This document shows positions 1-8,608 of a DNA stretch of 32,000 nucleotides, one piece after another. Source of the stretch: Delftia acidovorans NBRC 14950 (GTDB lineage Bacteria > Pseudomonadota > Gammaproteobacteria > Burkholderiales > Burkholderiaceae_C); contig NZ_BCZP01000002.1 of NCBI RefSeq assembly GCF_001598795.1, positions 300,001 to 332,000 on the forward strand, in the 5' to 3' direction. The number at the start of each line of letters is the position of its first letter. Position 1 is the first letter of the stretch. The position numbers and the translations under genes were made by a program. The notes beneath the pieces were generated by a model, which had not been told where the DNA came from, made no database searches, and saw only the letters and a list, made by a program, of their open reading frames with translations.

Positions 1-47
1 GCGCTGCGCGAGCGGCTTCAGGCTGCAGATTCCTGCAGCGCCGATTC

Positions 48-938
48 CTACAGAGCGACCTCGCCCGGCAGCAGCGCATCTGCCGCGACGGTGGGCTGAT
101 CGCGCAGCTGGCGGTACAGCGGCTCGAAATCGGCGGCCGTGAGGTCGAACAGCTGCTGCAGGTTGTCGATCACGAAGTAGGTGTGCTGGTAGCTGTCGAT
201 CTTGTAGAGCGTGCGCATGGCGCGCTCCAGCGACAGCGGCAGGCGCTGCGGCTCGGGGCTGCGCACCGAGTAGTTGAGTTCGCCCGATGAACTGAGAATG
301 CCCGCGCCATAGGCGCGCAGGCCGCCCTGCTCGCGGATCAGGCCGAACTCGATGGTGTACCAGTACAGGCGCGACAGCATCTCGCAGGCACCCAGCTCGG
401 CCGCCTTGAGCCCGCCCTGGCCGTAGGCCTGGATGTAGTCGGCGATGACGGGGTTGAACAGCAGCGGCACATGGCCGAAGAGGTCGTGGAAGACATCGGG
501 CTCGACGATGTACTCGAACTCCTCGGGCTTGCGGATCCAGTCCGTGACCGGGAATTTGCGGTTGGCCAGCAGCGAGAAGAAGGGCACCTCGGGAATCAGC
601 CCGGGCACGCCGACGATCTCCCAGCCCGTGGCGCGGCGCAGGCGCTCGTTGACTTCCTCGAAGCGCGGAATGCGGTCCTTGGCGCCCAGCGAGGGCAGGG
701 CGTCGATGAAGTGCTGGCTTGCCAGGCCCGGCAGCAGGGCGGACTGGCGCTCGTACAGGCGCCGGTAGGTGTCGTGGTCGGCCTCGGTGTAGGCGTCGTA
801 GTCCTGCGCGCAGGTGTAGTCGTCGCTGGCGCGGCTGTAGTCGCCGCGCGGGGGGCGGTCGGCCTGGCCGTAGACCACGGGTGCCACACCGGGGGCGTGG
901 GCGTGGGACGAGGTGGGGGTCGCTGCGGTGCTCATCAT
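48..938 (-). CDS. phhA: phenylalanine 4-hydroxylase (pterin-dependent aromatic amino acid hydroxylase)
   Basis: Same frame as ORF 48..1211(-). Tandem ATG ATG at 938/935, preceded by GGAGAG (reverse complement of 943-948), gives 296 aa. Hallmark hydroxylase motifs are present: EPDVFHDLFGHVPLL (iron-binding His pair), YWYTIEFGL (iron-binding Glu) and GAGILSSSGE. The 91 upstream codons of the ORF are Arg/Cys/Pro-rich and run into the neighbouring gene, so I trimmed them. Confidence 0.93.
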   Translation of the reverse strand: MMSTAATPTSSHAHAPGVAPVVYGQADRPPRGDYSRASDDYTCAQDYDAYTEADHDTYRRLYERQSALLPGLASQHFIDALPSLGAKDRIPRFEEVNERLRRATGWEIVGVPGLIPEVPFFSLLANRKFPVTDWIRKPEEFEYIVEPDVFHDLFGHVPLLFNPVIADYIQAYGQGGLKAAELGACEMLSRLYWYTIEFGLIREQGGLRAYGAGILSSSGELNYSVRSPEPQRLPLSLERAMRTLYKIDSYQHTYFVIDNLQQLFDLTAADFEPLYRQLRDQPTVAADALLPGEVAL

Positions 939-1002
939 GGTGCTCTCCAAGGATCTTGTCATTGCCGCCCCGGGCCGGGGGCAGGCAAGGCACCTGCGCG
1001 GC

Positions 1003-2085
1003 TCAGAGCTGGCGGATTCGGGCGGCCTGTACCAGCAGGCCGTATTTGCTGTGCTCGGAGCGCACAAAGCGCGCGAACTCCTGCAGTTGCAGTTCTTCGG
1101 GCAGCACGCCCATGGCGGACAGGGTGTCCTGCACCGGGCGGCTGCGCATGGCCTGCGAGAACGCGGCGGCATGGCGCTGCGCCTGTTCCGCGGGCCAGCT
1201 GGCCGGCGCAAACAGGCCGAACCAGTTGGCCATGTTGAAGCCCTGCACCGTGTCGTTGAGGCTGGGCACCTCGGGCAGCAGGGGCGCGCGCTCCAGCGTG
1301 GTCACGGCCAGGGCCTGCAGTCGCCCTGCGCGGATATGCGGCAGCGAAGACGCCAGGCTGTCGAACAGCAGGTCGGCCGAGCCGTCGAGCAGGGCCGACA
1401 GTGCCGGCTGCGTGCCGCCGAAGGGCAGGTGCAGCAGCGGCAGCCGCGTGAGCATCTGGTACATCTCGCCCGACAGGTGGCCGCTGCTGCCCGGCCCGCC
1501 CGAGGCATAGCGCAGCGGCTGGCGGTGCTTGGCAAGAAAGCGCTGCAGGTCCAGCGGCGTGCGTATGCGCCACTGGCGTGCCAGATCGCTGCGCATGACC
1601 AGCACATTGGGCATGCGCGCCACCAGCACCAGCGGCTGGAAGTCGCGCAGCGGGTCGTAGCCCAGCTGGGGCTGCAGCCAGGGCAGCACGGCATGGGTGG
1701 CGGCCGCGCCCATCAGCAGCAAGCGGTCCTGGGCCGTGGCCTGGGCCACCATGTTGGAGCCCTTGGCGCCGCCGTCGCCCGGCACATAGAGGATTTGGAT
1801 GGCTCCCAGCTTCGCGGTGCTGGCCTCCACCAGCGGCCGTGCCGTGCGGTCCAGCGGGCCGCCGGCCGCATAGGGAACGATCAGGGTCAGGGAGTCGGAC
1901 TTCGCATCGCGCGCCTGGGCGGCGGAGGGCTGCTGGGCCTGCGCCGCCGCAGGCAGCCAGGGCAGGGCGGCCAGTGCTGCCAGCAGGCTGCGCCGCGCCA
2001 ACCGGGCCGACAGCTGCGGGCCGGCTGGCGCAGGCGCTCGGGCATGGCGTGACATGGCGCGGTTGGCGTCGTGGCGGGGCGTCAT
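1003..2085 (-). CDS. Bug-family (TctC-like) tripartite tricarboxylate transporter periplasmic substrate-binding protein
   Basis: ORF 1003..2085(-), 360 aa. It has a Tat-like signal segment (RRSLLAALAALPWLPAAAQA) followed by a Bug/TctC-like core (LIVPYAAGGPLD, ASGGPGSSGHL, ANWFGLFAP). The start is uncertain: ATG 2085 or ATG 2055, and neither has a clear SD. It ends 64 nt upstream of phhA on the same strand. No tctA/tctB membrane genes are nearby. Confidence 0.85.
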   Translation of the reverse strand: MTPRHDANRAMSRHARAPAPAGPQLSARLARRSLLAALAALPWLPAAAQAQQPSAAQARDAKSDSLTLIVPYAAGGPLDRTARPLVEASTAKLGAIQILYVPGDGGAKGSNMVAQATAQDRLLLMGAAATHAVLPWLQPQLGYDPLRDFQPLVLVARMPNVLVMRSDLARQWRIRTPLDLQRFLAKHRQPLRYASGGPGSSGHLSGEMYQMLTRLPLLHLPFGGTQPALSALLDGSADLLFDSLASSLPHIRAGRLQALAVTTLERAPLLPEVPSLNDTVQGFNMANWFGLFAPASWPAEQAQRHAAAFSQAMRSRPVQDTLSAMGVLPEELQLQEFARFVRSEHSKYGLLVQAARIRQL

Positions 2086-2370
2086 GGCGTGAAGCGAAAT
2101 GGAGGCGATCCCCGCAGTATAGGCAGCGTGGGCAGGCCGGAAGGCGTGGACGAGGCATGTCCCGTTGGCGCTTGACTGTTTGCGCGCAGGCCTGGGCGGC
2201 AGCCTGGTTCAGCGGGGCATTCATGGGGATCTCCGGCCAGTTCAATGCAGGACAGTCGGACGGGCGCCATGGCCGGCGCCTGCGTCTTCTCGATCGGTGC
2301 TGTCACTGTAGGCGGGAGGGGCTTCAGCTTTTTGCCGTTTGCCCGTGGAGGGAAAATGCGAAATGCATGA

Positions 2371-2425
2371 AAATTGCGGAATTCTTTCGTTTATCGCAAT
2401 TTAACTGGTTAATTCGGGTTAACCC
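2371..2425. promoter_or_regulatory. cluster of palindromes in the AT-rich divergent control region (candidate Lrp-type operator sites)
   Basis: Read directly from the sequence. AAATTGCG (2371-2378) and CGCAATTT (2395-2402) form an 8-bp inverted repeat with a 16-nt spacer. TTAACTGGTTAA (2401-2412) is a near-palindrome. GGGTTAACCC (2416-2425) is a perfect 10-bp palindrome. The region 2330-2450 is the most AT-rich stretch of the window. A possible sigma70-like promoter for the regulator gene is TTAACC (2419-2424), 17 nt, TATTTA (2442-2447). Confidence 0.35.
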
Positions 2426-2460
2426 TGAAGAAATCCGTACTTATTTACGAGTCCACCGCC

Positions 2461-2943
2461 ATGAGCGCCACGCACAACATCGACAAACTGGATCGGGCCA
2501 TTTTGCGCCGTCTGCAGGCCAACGGCCGGGAAACCTATGACGTCATCGGGGAGCAGGTCGGCCTCTCTCCCAGCGCCGTGCTGCGCCGGGTCAAGCGCCT
2601 GGAAGACGGCGGTGTGATCGATCGCTACGTGGCCCTGGTCCAGCCCGAGACGGTGGGCCTGGGGCTGACCGCCTATCTCAACGTGCGCCTGGAAAAGTAC
2701 ACCGAGACCAGCAAGCGCAACCCCATGGACGTGTTCCGCGCCAGCGTGCAGACTTGGCCCGAGGTGGTGGAATGCGTGTCACTGACCGGCGAAATGGACT
2801 ACCTGATGCGCGTGGTCGTGGCCGATATGCAGCACTACACGCGCTTCGTCATGGACACCTTGCTCAAGCACCCCAGCGTGCAGGACTGCAAGACCAGCTT
2901 CGTGATGGACCGGGTGAAGGTGACCACGGCGGTGCCTCTGTAG
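2461..2943 (+). CDS. Lrp/AsnC family transcriptional regulator
   Basis: ATG at 2461, 160 aa. N-terminal HTH_AsnC segment (LDRAILRRLQANGRETYDVIGEQVGLSPSAVLRRVKRLEDGGVI) plus a C-terminal AsnC/RAM effector domain. It is divergent from the Bug-phhA pair. Confidence 0.9.
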   Translation: MSATHNIDKLDRAILRRLQANGRETYDVIGEQVGLSPSAVLRRVKRLEDGGVIDRYVALVQPETVGLGLTAYLNVRLEKYTETSKRNPMDVFRASVQTWPEVVECVSLTGEMDYLMRVVVADMQHYTRFVMDTLLKHPSVQDCKTSFVMDRVKVTTAVPL

Positions 2944-3008
2944 CCACGAAGGCTCGGACAGGGGCCTGGCCGTCGATAGGTGCAGGGAGGGAAAATTGGT
3001 TTGCATGC

Positions 3009-3026
3009 CAAAACCTTACGGTTTTG
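3009..3026 (+). terminator. possible weak stem-loop downstream of the Lrp gene
   Basis: CAAAACC-TTAC-GGTTTTG forms a 7-bp stem with a 4-nt loop. It is followed by TTGCATTGCAA, which is itself palindromic. The stem is A/U-rich and there is no clean U-run, so terminator function is doubtful. It could equally be an operator. Confidence 0.25.
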
Positions 3027-3080
3027 TTGCATTGCAATATCTCCGTTGCTCGACATCGGGTTTTTACCTATATTTGAGCC

Positions 3081-3806
3081 ATGAATGCATCCAAAGACTG
3101 GTTGAAGGCGTCCTGGCAGGCCGGCCGGGACATGTTGCGTGCGAGCGCAGGCCAGCCGCACCGTCCCGATGGGCGCTCCGCGTCCATGGTGCCCATTCGC
3201 TCGCTGGGCCCGTCCCACCGCGAGCGCGTGGTGGCGCATTTGCTCAAGCTCGATGAAGGTGACCGCTACCTGCGCTTCGGCTATGCCGCCAGCGACGAGC
3301 AGGTCCGCCGCTATGCCATGCAGCTCGACTTCGAGCGCGATGACATCTTCGGCATCTACAACCGCCGTCTCGAACTGATCGCCATGGCGCACCTGGCCTT
3401 TGCCTCGCATCCCGAGCACAAGAGCTGCGCCGAATTCGGCGTCTCCGTGCTCAAGCAGGCACGTGGCCGTGGCTATGGCGGGCGCCTGTTCAACCGCGCC
3501 GTGATCCATGCACGCACCAAGGGCGTGTCCATGATGTTCATCCACGCGCTGTCGGAGAACACGGCCATGCTCAGGATTGCGCGCAAGGCCGGCGCCACCA
3601 TCAAGCGCGACGGCTCCGAATCCGAGGCCTACCTGCAACTGCCGCCCGCCGGCATCGACACGCACATGGCGTCTCTGATGACCGAGCACATCGGCGAGGT
3701 GGACTACCAGTTCAAGAAGCAGGCCAAGCAGTTCTGGGATTTCCTGGCCGACGTGCAGGAAATCCGCCGTGGCGTGCAGGATGGCCGCCACCAGGCCGGC
3801 GAATAA
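3081..3806 (+). CDS. GNAT family N-acetyltransferase
   Basis: 241 aa. It carries the GNAT acetyl-CoA motif A (VLKQARGRGYGGRLF, i.e. Q/R-x-x-G-x-G/A) followed by a HALSEN...IARKAG segment. I recognise nothing in the N-terminal ~35 aa or the C-terminal ~60 aa. Alternative start at ATG 3186. Confidence 0.75.
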   Translation: MNASKDWLKASWQAGRDMLRASAGQPHRPDGRSASMVPIRSLGPSHRERVVAHLLKLDEGDRYLRFGYAASDEQVRRYAMQLDFERDDIFGIYNRRLELIAMAHLAFASHPEHKSCAEFGVSVLKQARGRGYGGRLFNRAVIHARTKGVSMMFIHALSENTAMLRIARKAGATIKRDGSESEAYLQLPPAGIDTHMASLMTEHIGEVDYQFKKQAKQFWDFLADVQEIRRGVQDGRHQAGE

Positions 3807-3912
3807 GCGCAAAACGCCGCAAGGGGATTTGGCGCAGCGCATGCAGGGGTGACGGAGCAATCCGCTATCCTTGCAGCTTGTTTCACTACCGCACGTCCTG
3901 CACTCCAAGACA

Positions 3913-4794
3913 GTGTCCGACCCCCATCCTGCGCGCTCTTCCGAGAAGGAAAGCAAGCGAAGCTTCCTGCAAAAGGTGGCCGAGTTCATTCACCCGGCCC
4001 CCGACTCTCCCGACGAGCTGATCGAGACCCTGGCCGACGCCGAGGACAATCAGGTCATCGGCCCCGAGTCGCGCGTCATGCTCGAACGCGTGATCCGCAT
4101 GGCCGACATGACGGCCGGCGACGTCATGGTCGCAGCCCCTCGCATGGACCTGGTCAACATCGACGCGCCGTTCGATGAATTGCTGCACCAGGTCATCACC
4201 ACGGCCCATTCGCGCTTCCCGGTCTACCAGGGCGAGCGCGAGAACATCATCGGCATCCTGCTGGCCAAGGACCTGCTCAAGCTGCAGCGTTCGCCGGACC
4301 TGAACATCCGCGCCCTGCTGCGCCCCGCCGCCTTCGTGCCGGAGAGCAAGGGCCTGAACGATCTGCTGCGCGAGTTCCGGGGCAACCGCAACCACCTCGC
4401 CGTGGTCATCGACGAGTTCGGCCGCGTGGCGGGCCTTGTGACCATCGAGGACGTGCTGGAGGAAATCGTCGGCGAGATCGAGGACGAGTTCGACATCCCC
4501 GAGGACGAGGGCGACATCTTCGCCCTGGCCGACAACAGCTACCGCGTGGCGGGCGACACCACCATCGAGCATGTCAACGAGACCTTCGAGGTCGCCCTGC
4601 ATGCCCGCGATCCCGACGATGAGTTCGACACCATCGGCGGCCTGATCGCCCACGAAATGGGCCATGTGCCCAAGCGCGGCGAGCAGATCCATCTGGCGGG
4701 CCTGGAATTCACCGTGCTGCACACCAAGGGCGGCGCCGTGCGCTGGTTCAAGGTGGTGCGCGATCCCGCCGCCGACAGCCTGCTGCGCAGCTGA
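3913..4794 (+). CDS. corC: CorC/YbeX-type magnesium/cobalt efflux-associated protein (CBS pair + CorC_HlyC domain)
   Basis: Frame of ORF 3871..4794. The CBS-pair region (GDVMVAAPRMD ... HLAVVIDEFGRVAGLVTIEDVLEEIVGEIEDEFD) and the C-terminal transporter-associated domain match CorC architecture. The track ORF begins at TTG 3871. There is no in-frame ATG before residue 70. I prefer GTG 3913 (SDPHPARSSEKESKRSFL...), which gives 293 aa, the usual CorC length. The start is not certain. Confidence 0.85.
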   Translation: MSDPHPARSSEKESKRSFLQKVAEFIHPAPDSPDELIETLADAEDNQVIGPESRVMLERVIRMADMTAGDVMVAAPRMDLVNIDAPFDELLHQVITTAHSRFPVYQGERENIIGILLAKDLLKLQRSPDLNIRALLRPAAFVPESKGLNDLLREFRGNRNHLAVVIDEFGRVAGLVTIEDVLEEIVGEIEDEFDIPEDEGDIFALADNSYRVAGDTTIEHVNETFEVALHARDPDDEFDTIGGLIAHEMGHVPKRGEQIHLAGLEFTVLHTKGGAVRWFKVVRDPAADSLLRS

Positions 4795-4867
4795 GGCTGC
4801 GGCTGAACCTGCCCTTGGCTGGACCTCTCTCACCCGAGACCTACCTCTTTTTGCGCACAACCGGCCG

Positions 4868-6520
4868 ATGCCCCTGTCCAGTTCTTCCGCTTTCTCGCAA
4901 GACGGCCGGCGCATGGGCCGGTTCGCCCATGGGGTGCTGCTGCTTGTGGCCGGTGCGGCGCAGGCCCTGTCACTGGCCTGGCCCTGGGCGCGCGGGCAAG
5001 GTGACGGGCCGCTGAGCCTCATCGGCGGCTATGGCCGCCCGCTGTGGTGGCTGCAGATTCTGTCGCTGGCCGTGCTGGCGCGCGCCCTGCAGACGGCGCA
5101 GCGTCCGGCCCAGGCGGCAGGGCGTGCCATGCTGTTCGCCACGGCCTGGCTGGTGGCCACCTTCTGGTGGTTGTTCATCTCCATGCATGTCTATGGCGGC
5201 CTGCCTGCGCCGCTGGCCGTTGCCGCCGTACTGGCGCTTGCGGCGTTTCTGGGCAGCTACTACGCGGTGGCCGCCTGGGGTTGGCAAAGGCTGCGCCCTG
5301 CTGGTGCGGCGGGTGGCGCGCTGCTGTTTTCCGCCGTCTGGCTGCTGGCCGAGCTGGCGCGTGGCTGGCTGTGGACCGGCTTTCCCTGGGGCGCGGGCGG
5401 TTATGCCCATGTGGAAGGCCCCTTGTCCGTGCTGCCGCGCTGGATTGGCGTCTATGGCACGGGCGCCGTGGCGGCCTGGCTGGCATATGGGCTGTCGTAT
5501 GGGCTGGCTGCCTTGCTGGACAGACAGCGTCTCCGGCCCGTCCGCCTGGTGGCCACTGCAGCGGCACTGGTCCTGGCCTGGGGCGGGCTGTGGTGGCTTC
5601 GCGATGCCGCCATCAATGCACCGTCGGCCGAACGGCCGGCGCTGAGCGTGGCCTTGCTGCAGGGCAATATCCCGCAGGATGAGAAGTTCGAGGCCGGCAG
5701 CGGCATTCCGCTGGCGCTGGGCTGGTACGGGCGCGAGCTGCGCGCGGCCACCGCGCAACTGGTCGTGGCGCCTGAGACGGCCGTTCCCCTGCTGCCCCAG
5801 CAACTGCCCGAGGAATACCTGGACCTGCTGCGCGAACCGTATCTGAAGAAGGACGGCCGGCAGGCTGCGCTGCTGGGAATTCCCCTGGGGTCGGAAGAGA
5901 CCGGCTACACGAACTCGGTCGTGGGCTGGCAGCCCGGCCAGATCCAGGACTACCAATACGACAAGCACCATCTGGTGCCCTTCGGGGAGTTCATCCCGCC
6001 GCTGTTCCGCTGGTTCACGCAGATGATGAACATACCGCTGGGCGACTTCAACCGCGGCGCGCTGGGCCAGCCCTCCATGGCCTGGGCCGGCGAGCGTCTG
6101 TCGCCCAACATCTGCTACGAGGATTTGTTTGGCGAGGAGCTGGGTGCGCATTTTGGCAACGCGGCGACGGCGCCGACGGTGCTGGTGAATTTCAGCAACA
6201 TCGGATGGTTTGGCGACAGCGTGGCCATCGACCAGCATCTGGCCATCAGCCGCATGCGCGCGCTGGAATTCGAGCGCCCCATGCTGCGCGCCACCAACAC
6301 CGGCGCCACGGTTGCCATCGACCACCGGGGTGTGGTCACGCAGGCGCTGGTGCCTTACGAGCGCGCCGTGCTGCAGGCCAGCGTGCAGGGGCGCGAGGCC
6401 TTGACGCCATTCGCACGCTGGGTACACGCGGCAGGTCTGGTGCCGCTGTGCCTGGCTGCCTTGGCGGTGCTGGCGGTGGCGTGGATCAGGCGCCGCAAGC
6501 GGCCGGTCCAGGGCCTGTAG
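4868..6520 (+). CDS. lnt: apolipoprotein N-acyltransferase
   Basis: Frame of ORF 4664..6520, trimmed to ATG 4868 (alternative ATG 4913), 550 aa. It has a polytopic N-terminal membrane part and a C-terminal CN-hydrolase domain. The Glu/Lys/Cys triad contexts are VVAPETAVP, YDKHHLVPFGEFIP and SPNICYEDLF, and there is a terminal TM helix. corC-lnt adjacency is the conserved arrangement, as in the E. coli ybeZYX-lnt operon. Confidence 0.9.
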   Translation: MPLSSSSAFSQDGRRMGRFAHGVLLLVAGAAQALSLAWPWARGQGDGPLSLIGGYGRPLWWLQILSLAVLARALQTAQRPAQAAGRAMLFATAWLVATFWWLFISMHVYGGLPAPLAVAAVLALAAFLGSYYAVAAWGWQRLRPAGAAGGALLFSAVWLLAELARGWLWTGFPWGAGGYAHVEGPLSVLPRWIGVYGTGAVAAWLAYGLSYGLAALLDRQRLRPVRLVATAAALVLAWGGLWWLRDAAINAPSAERPALSVALLQGNIPQDEKFEAGSGIPLALGWYGRELRAATAQLVVAPETAVPLLPQQLPEEYLDLLREPYLKKDGRQAALLGIPLGSEETGYTNSVVGWQPGQIQDYQYDKHHLVPFGEFIPPLFRWFTQMMNIPLGDFNRGALGQPSMAWAGERLSPNICYEDLFGEELGAHFGNAATAPTVLVNFSNIGWFGDSVAIDQHLAISRMRALEFERPMLRATNTGATVAIDHRGVVTQALVPYERAVLQASVQGREALTPFARWVHAAGLVPLCLAALAVLAVAWIRRRKRPVQGL

Positions 6521-6698
6521 CCAAGGCCCGCGACCTGGGTCGGCGTGGCTTTTGTGGCAGAGTTTTGATGCGGCCTCGGGGTTTTGTTGCAGTCTGGCAA
6601 CGTTCAACCCCGATAATGCGCGGCTGCATGGTCCGCTGCGGGCCGCACCCATTCAGAGATAGAGGTGGCGTCAGTGCCGCCGTGGAGCAAGTTAGACA

Positions 6699-7223
6699 AT
6701 GGCCGATTCTTTTTCGTATGAGCAACTGATCGCTTCGGGCGAAGGCAAGCTGTTTTCCGCAGACAGCGGACGTCTTCCCCTGCCTCCCATGTTGATGTTC
6801 GACCGCATCACGCACATCGACACCGATGGTGGCGCCCACGGCCTGGGCAAGATCGTCGCCGAGCTCGACATCAAGCCTGATCTCTGGTTCTTCGATTGCC
6901 ATTTCCGGGGCGATCCCGTCATGCCCGGCTGCCTGGGCCTGGACGCCATGTGGCAGTTGATCGGCTTTTACCTGACCTGGCTGCGCCTTCCCGGCCGCGG
7001 CCGCGCCCTGGGCGCCGGTGAGGTCAAGTTCACGGGCGAAGTGGGTCCTGACGTCAAGCTGGTGACCTACGAAATCAACATCAAGCGCGTGATCAAGCGC
7101 AAGCTCAACATGGCCATCGGCGATGCACGCCTGCTGGCCGATGGCAAGGAAATCTACGTGGCCAATGACCTGCGCGTGGGTCTGTTCCTGCGCGAGGGTG
7201 AAGGCCAGGGAACGGCAGCATGA
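6699..7223 (+). CDS. fabA: 3-hydroxydecanoyl-ACP dehydratase / trans-2-decenoyl-ACP isomerase
   Basis: 174 aa. Contains the FabA signature [24 protein letters not shown], with the catalytic His and Asp contexts. GGAG lies 11 nt upstream of ATG 6699. The stop overlaps the fabB start (ATGA at 7220-7223). Confidence 0.95.
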   Translation: MADSFSYEQLIASGEGKLFSADSGRLPLPPMLMFDRITHIDTDGGAHGLGKIVAELDIKPDLWFFDCHFRGDPVMPGCLGLDAMWQLIGFYLTWLRLPGRGRALGAGEVKFTGEVGPDVKLVTYEINIKRVIKRKLNMAIGDARLLADGKEIYVANDLRVGLFLREGEGQGTAA

Positions 7224-8443
7224 CCAAACGTCGCGTAGTCATCACCGGCGCGGGCATTGTCTCGTGCATCGGCAACGACCTCGATACCGTGGAGACCTCG
7301 CTGCGCGAGGGCCGCACGGGCATCAAGGCCATGCCGAAGTTCACCGAACTGGGCATGCGCAGCCAGGTGGCCGGTGTGCCGGAGATCGACGTCGAGGCAC
7401 GGATCGATCGCAAGCAGCTGCGCTTCATGGGCGATGCGGCAGCCTATGCGCAGATCGCGCTGGAAGATGCCATCGCCCAGGCCGGCCTGGCTCCCGAGCA
7501 GGTCAGCCATCCGCGCACGGGCCTGATCATGGGCTCGGGCGGCGGCTCGCCGGCCAACCAGATCGAGGCGGCTGACACATTGCGCGAGAAGGGCATTCGC
7601 CGCGTCGGTCCCTACCAGGTCACGCGCTGCATGAGCTCCACGGTGTCCGCCTGCCTGGCGACCAATTTCAAGGTCAAGGGCATCAACTACTCCATCACCT
7701 CGGCCTGTTCCACCTCGGCGCACTGCATCGGTGCTGCGGCACAGCAGATTGCCTGGGGCATGCAGGACGTGATGTTTGCCGGTGGCGGCGAAGAGCTGTC
7801 CTGGGGCATGGCCCTGCTGTTCGACGGCATGGGTGCCATGTCCAGCAAGCACAACGACCAGCCCGAAAAGGCTTCGCGCGCCTATGACGCCAACCGCGAC
7901 GGTTTCGTGATCGCAGGCGGCGGCGGTGCCGTGGTTCTGGAAAGCCTGGAGCACGCCCAGGCCCGGGGTGCGAACATCCTGGCCGAAGTCGTGGGCTTTG
8001 GCGCCACCAGCGATGGCGAGGACATGGTCGCGCCATCGGGCGACGGAGCCATCGCCTGCATGCAGCAGGCCCTTGAAGGCATCGAAGGCGGCGTGGACTA
8101 CATCAACACCCACGGCACCTCCACGCCTGTGGGCGACATGCAGGAAGTGCGCGCCATGCGCGCGCTGTTCGGCGACCAGGTGCCGCCGTTCTCCTCCACC
8201 AAGTCGCTGACCGGCCACTCGCTGGGCGCGACCGGCGTGCAGGAAGCCATCTACTGCATGATCATGATGAACAAGGGCTTCATCGCAGGCTCGGTCAACG
8301 TGGACACGCCCGATCCGGCACTGGGCGACATGCCCCTGGTCACCCGCACGCGCGATGCCCGACTGAACACCGTGCTGTCCAACAGCTTCGGCTTTGGCGG
8401 CACGAACGCCTCGCTGGTGCTGCGCCGCTGGCAGGGCCAGTGA
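7220..8443 (+). CDS. fabB: beta-ketoacyl-ACP synthase I
   Basis: 407 aa. The KAS Cys-His-His triad contexts are present: [25 protein letters not shown] and [12 protein letters not shown]. It is translationally coupled to fabA, and that pairing favours KAS I over KAS II. Confidence 0.93.
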   Translation: MTKRRVVITGAGIVSCIGNDLDTVETSLREGRTGIKAMPKFTELGMRSQVAGVPEIDVEARIDRKQLRFMGDAAAYAQIALEDAIAQAGLAPEQVSHPRTGLIMGSGGGSPANQIEAADTLREKGIRRVGPYQVTRCMSSTVSACLATNFKVKGINYSITSACSTSAHCIGAAAQQIAWGMQDVMFAGGGEELSWGMALLFDGMGAMSSKHNDQPEKASRAYDANRDGFVIAGGGGAVVLESLEHAQARGANILAEVVGFGATSDGEDMVAPSGDGAIACMQQALEGIEGGVDYINTHGTSTPVGDMQEVRAMRALFGDQVPPFSSTKSLTGHSLGATGVQEAIYCMIMMNKGFIAGSVNVDTPDPALGDMPLVTRTRDARLNTVLSNSFGFGGTNASLVLRRWQGQ

Positions 8444-8479
8444 ACACGCCCTGGTGTGTAAAAGGCGTGTCCTGAAGGA

Positions 8480-8506
8480 AAAAGCCCGCCTCCTGCGGGC
8501 TTTTTT
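8480..8506 (+). terminator. Rho-independent terminator of fabAB
   Basis: AAAAGCCCGC-CTCCT-GCGGGCTTTTTT: a GC stem flanked by an A-run and a T-run, 37 nt after the fabB stop. Confidence 0.75.
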
Positions 8507-8608
8507 ACTGGCGAGCGCCGACAATGCCCAGGCCGGGCGGGAGGCTGCACCCCATGCTGCTGCAGAATCCTCGCCCCAAGAACAATGAAATTTTTGCAAG
8601 GTTGAACC

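Noticed and set aside
967-982. GC-rich hairpin (GCCCC-GGGCCG-GGGGC) between the Bug gene and phhA as a possible terminator
   Set aside because: It has only a 5-bp stem and no U-run on the transcribed (minus) strand. Co-transcription is more likely.
959-2245. 428-aa minus-strand ORF and 379-aa plus-strand ORF (913..2052) overlapping the Bug gene
   Set aside because: Both are alternative-frame or antisense shadows of the Bug-family gene. Only the 1003..2085 frame gives recognisable Bug motifs and a signal peptide.
2082-2306. 74-aa minus-strand ORF upstream of the Bug gene
   Set aside because: It has no SD, a Pro/Ala/Gly-rich composition, and it overlaps the Bug start codon region. It is most likely non-coding leader.
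3020-3031. 12-mer GGTTTTGTTGCA shared with 6580-6591
   Set aside because: A single 12-nt match is expected by chance many times in a 32-kb window, and the flanks do not align.
6587-6611. TTGCA and TGGCA pentamers that looked like a sigma54 (-12/-24) promoter upstream of fabA
   Set aside because: The order and spacing are wrong. The consensus is TGGCAC-N5-TTGC, but here TTGCA precedes TGGCA, and nothing fits on the other strand either.
4970-6652. 560-aa ORF on the minus strand
   Set aside because: It is antisense to lnt. It is a shadow ORF.
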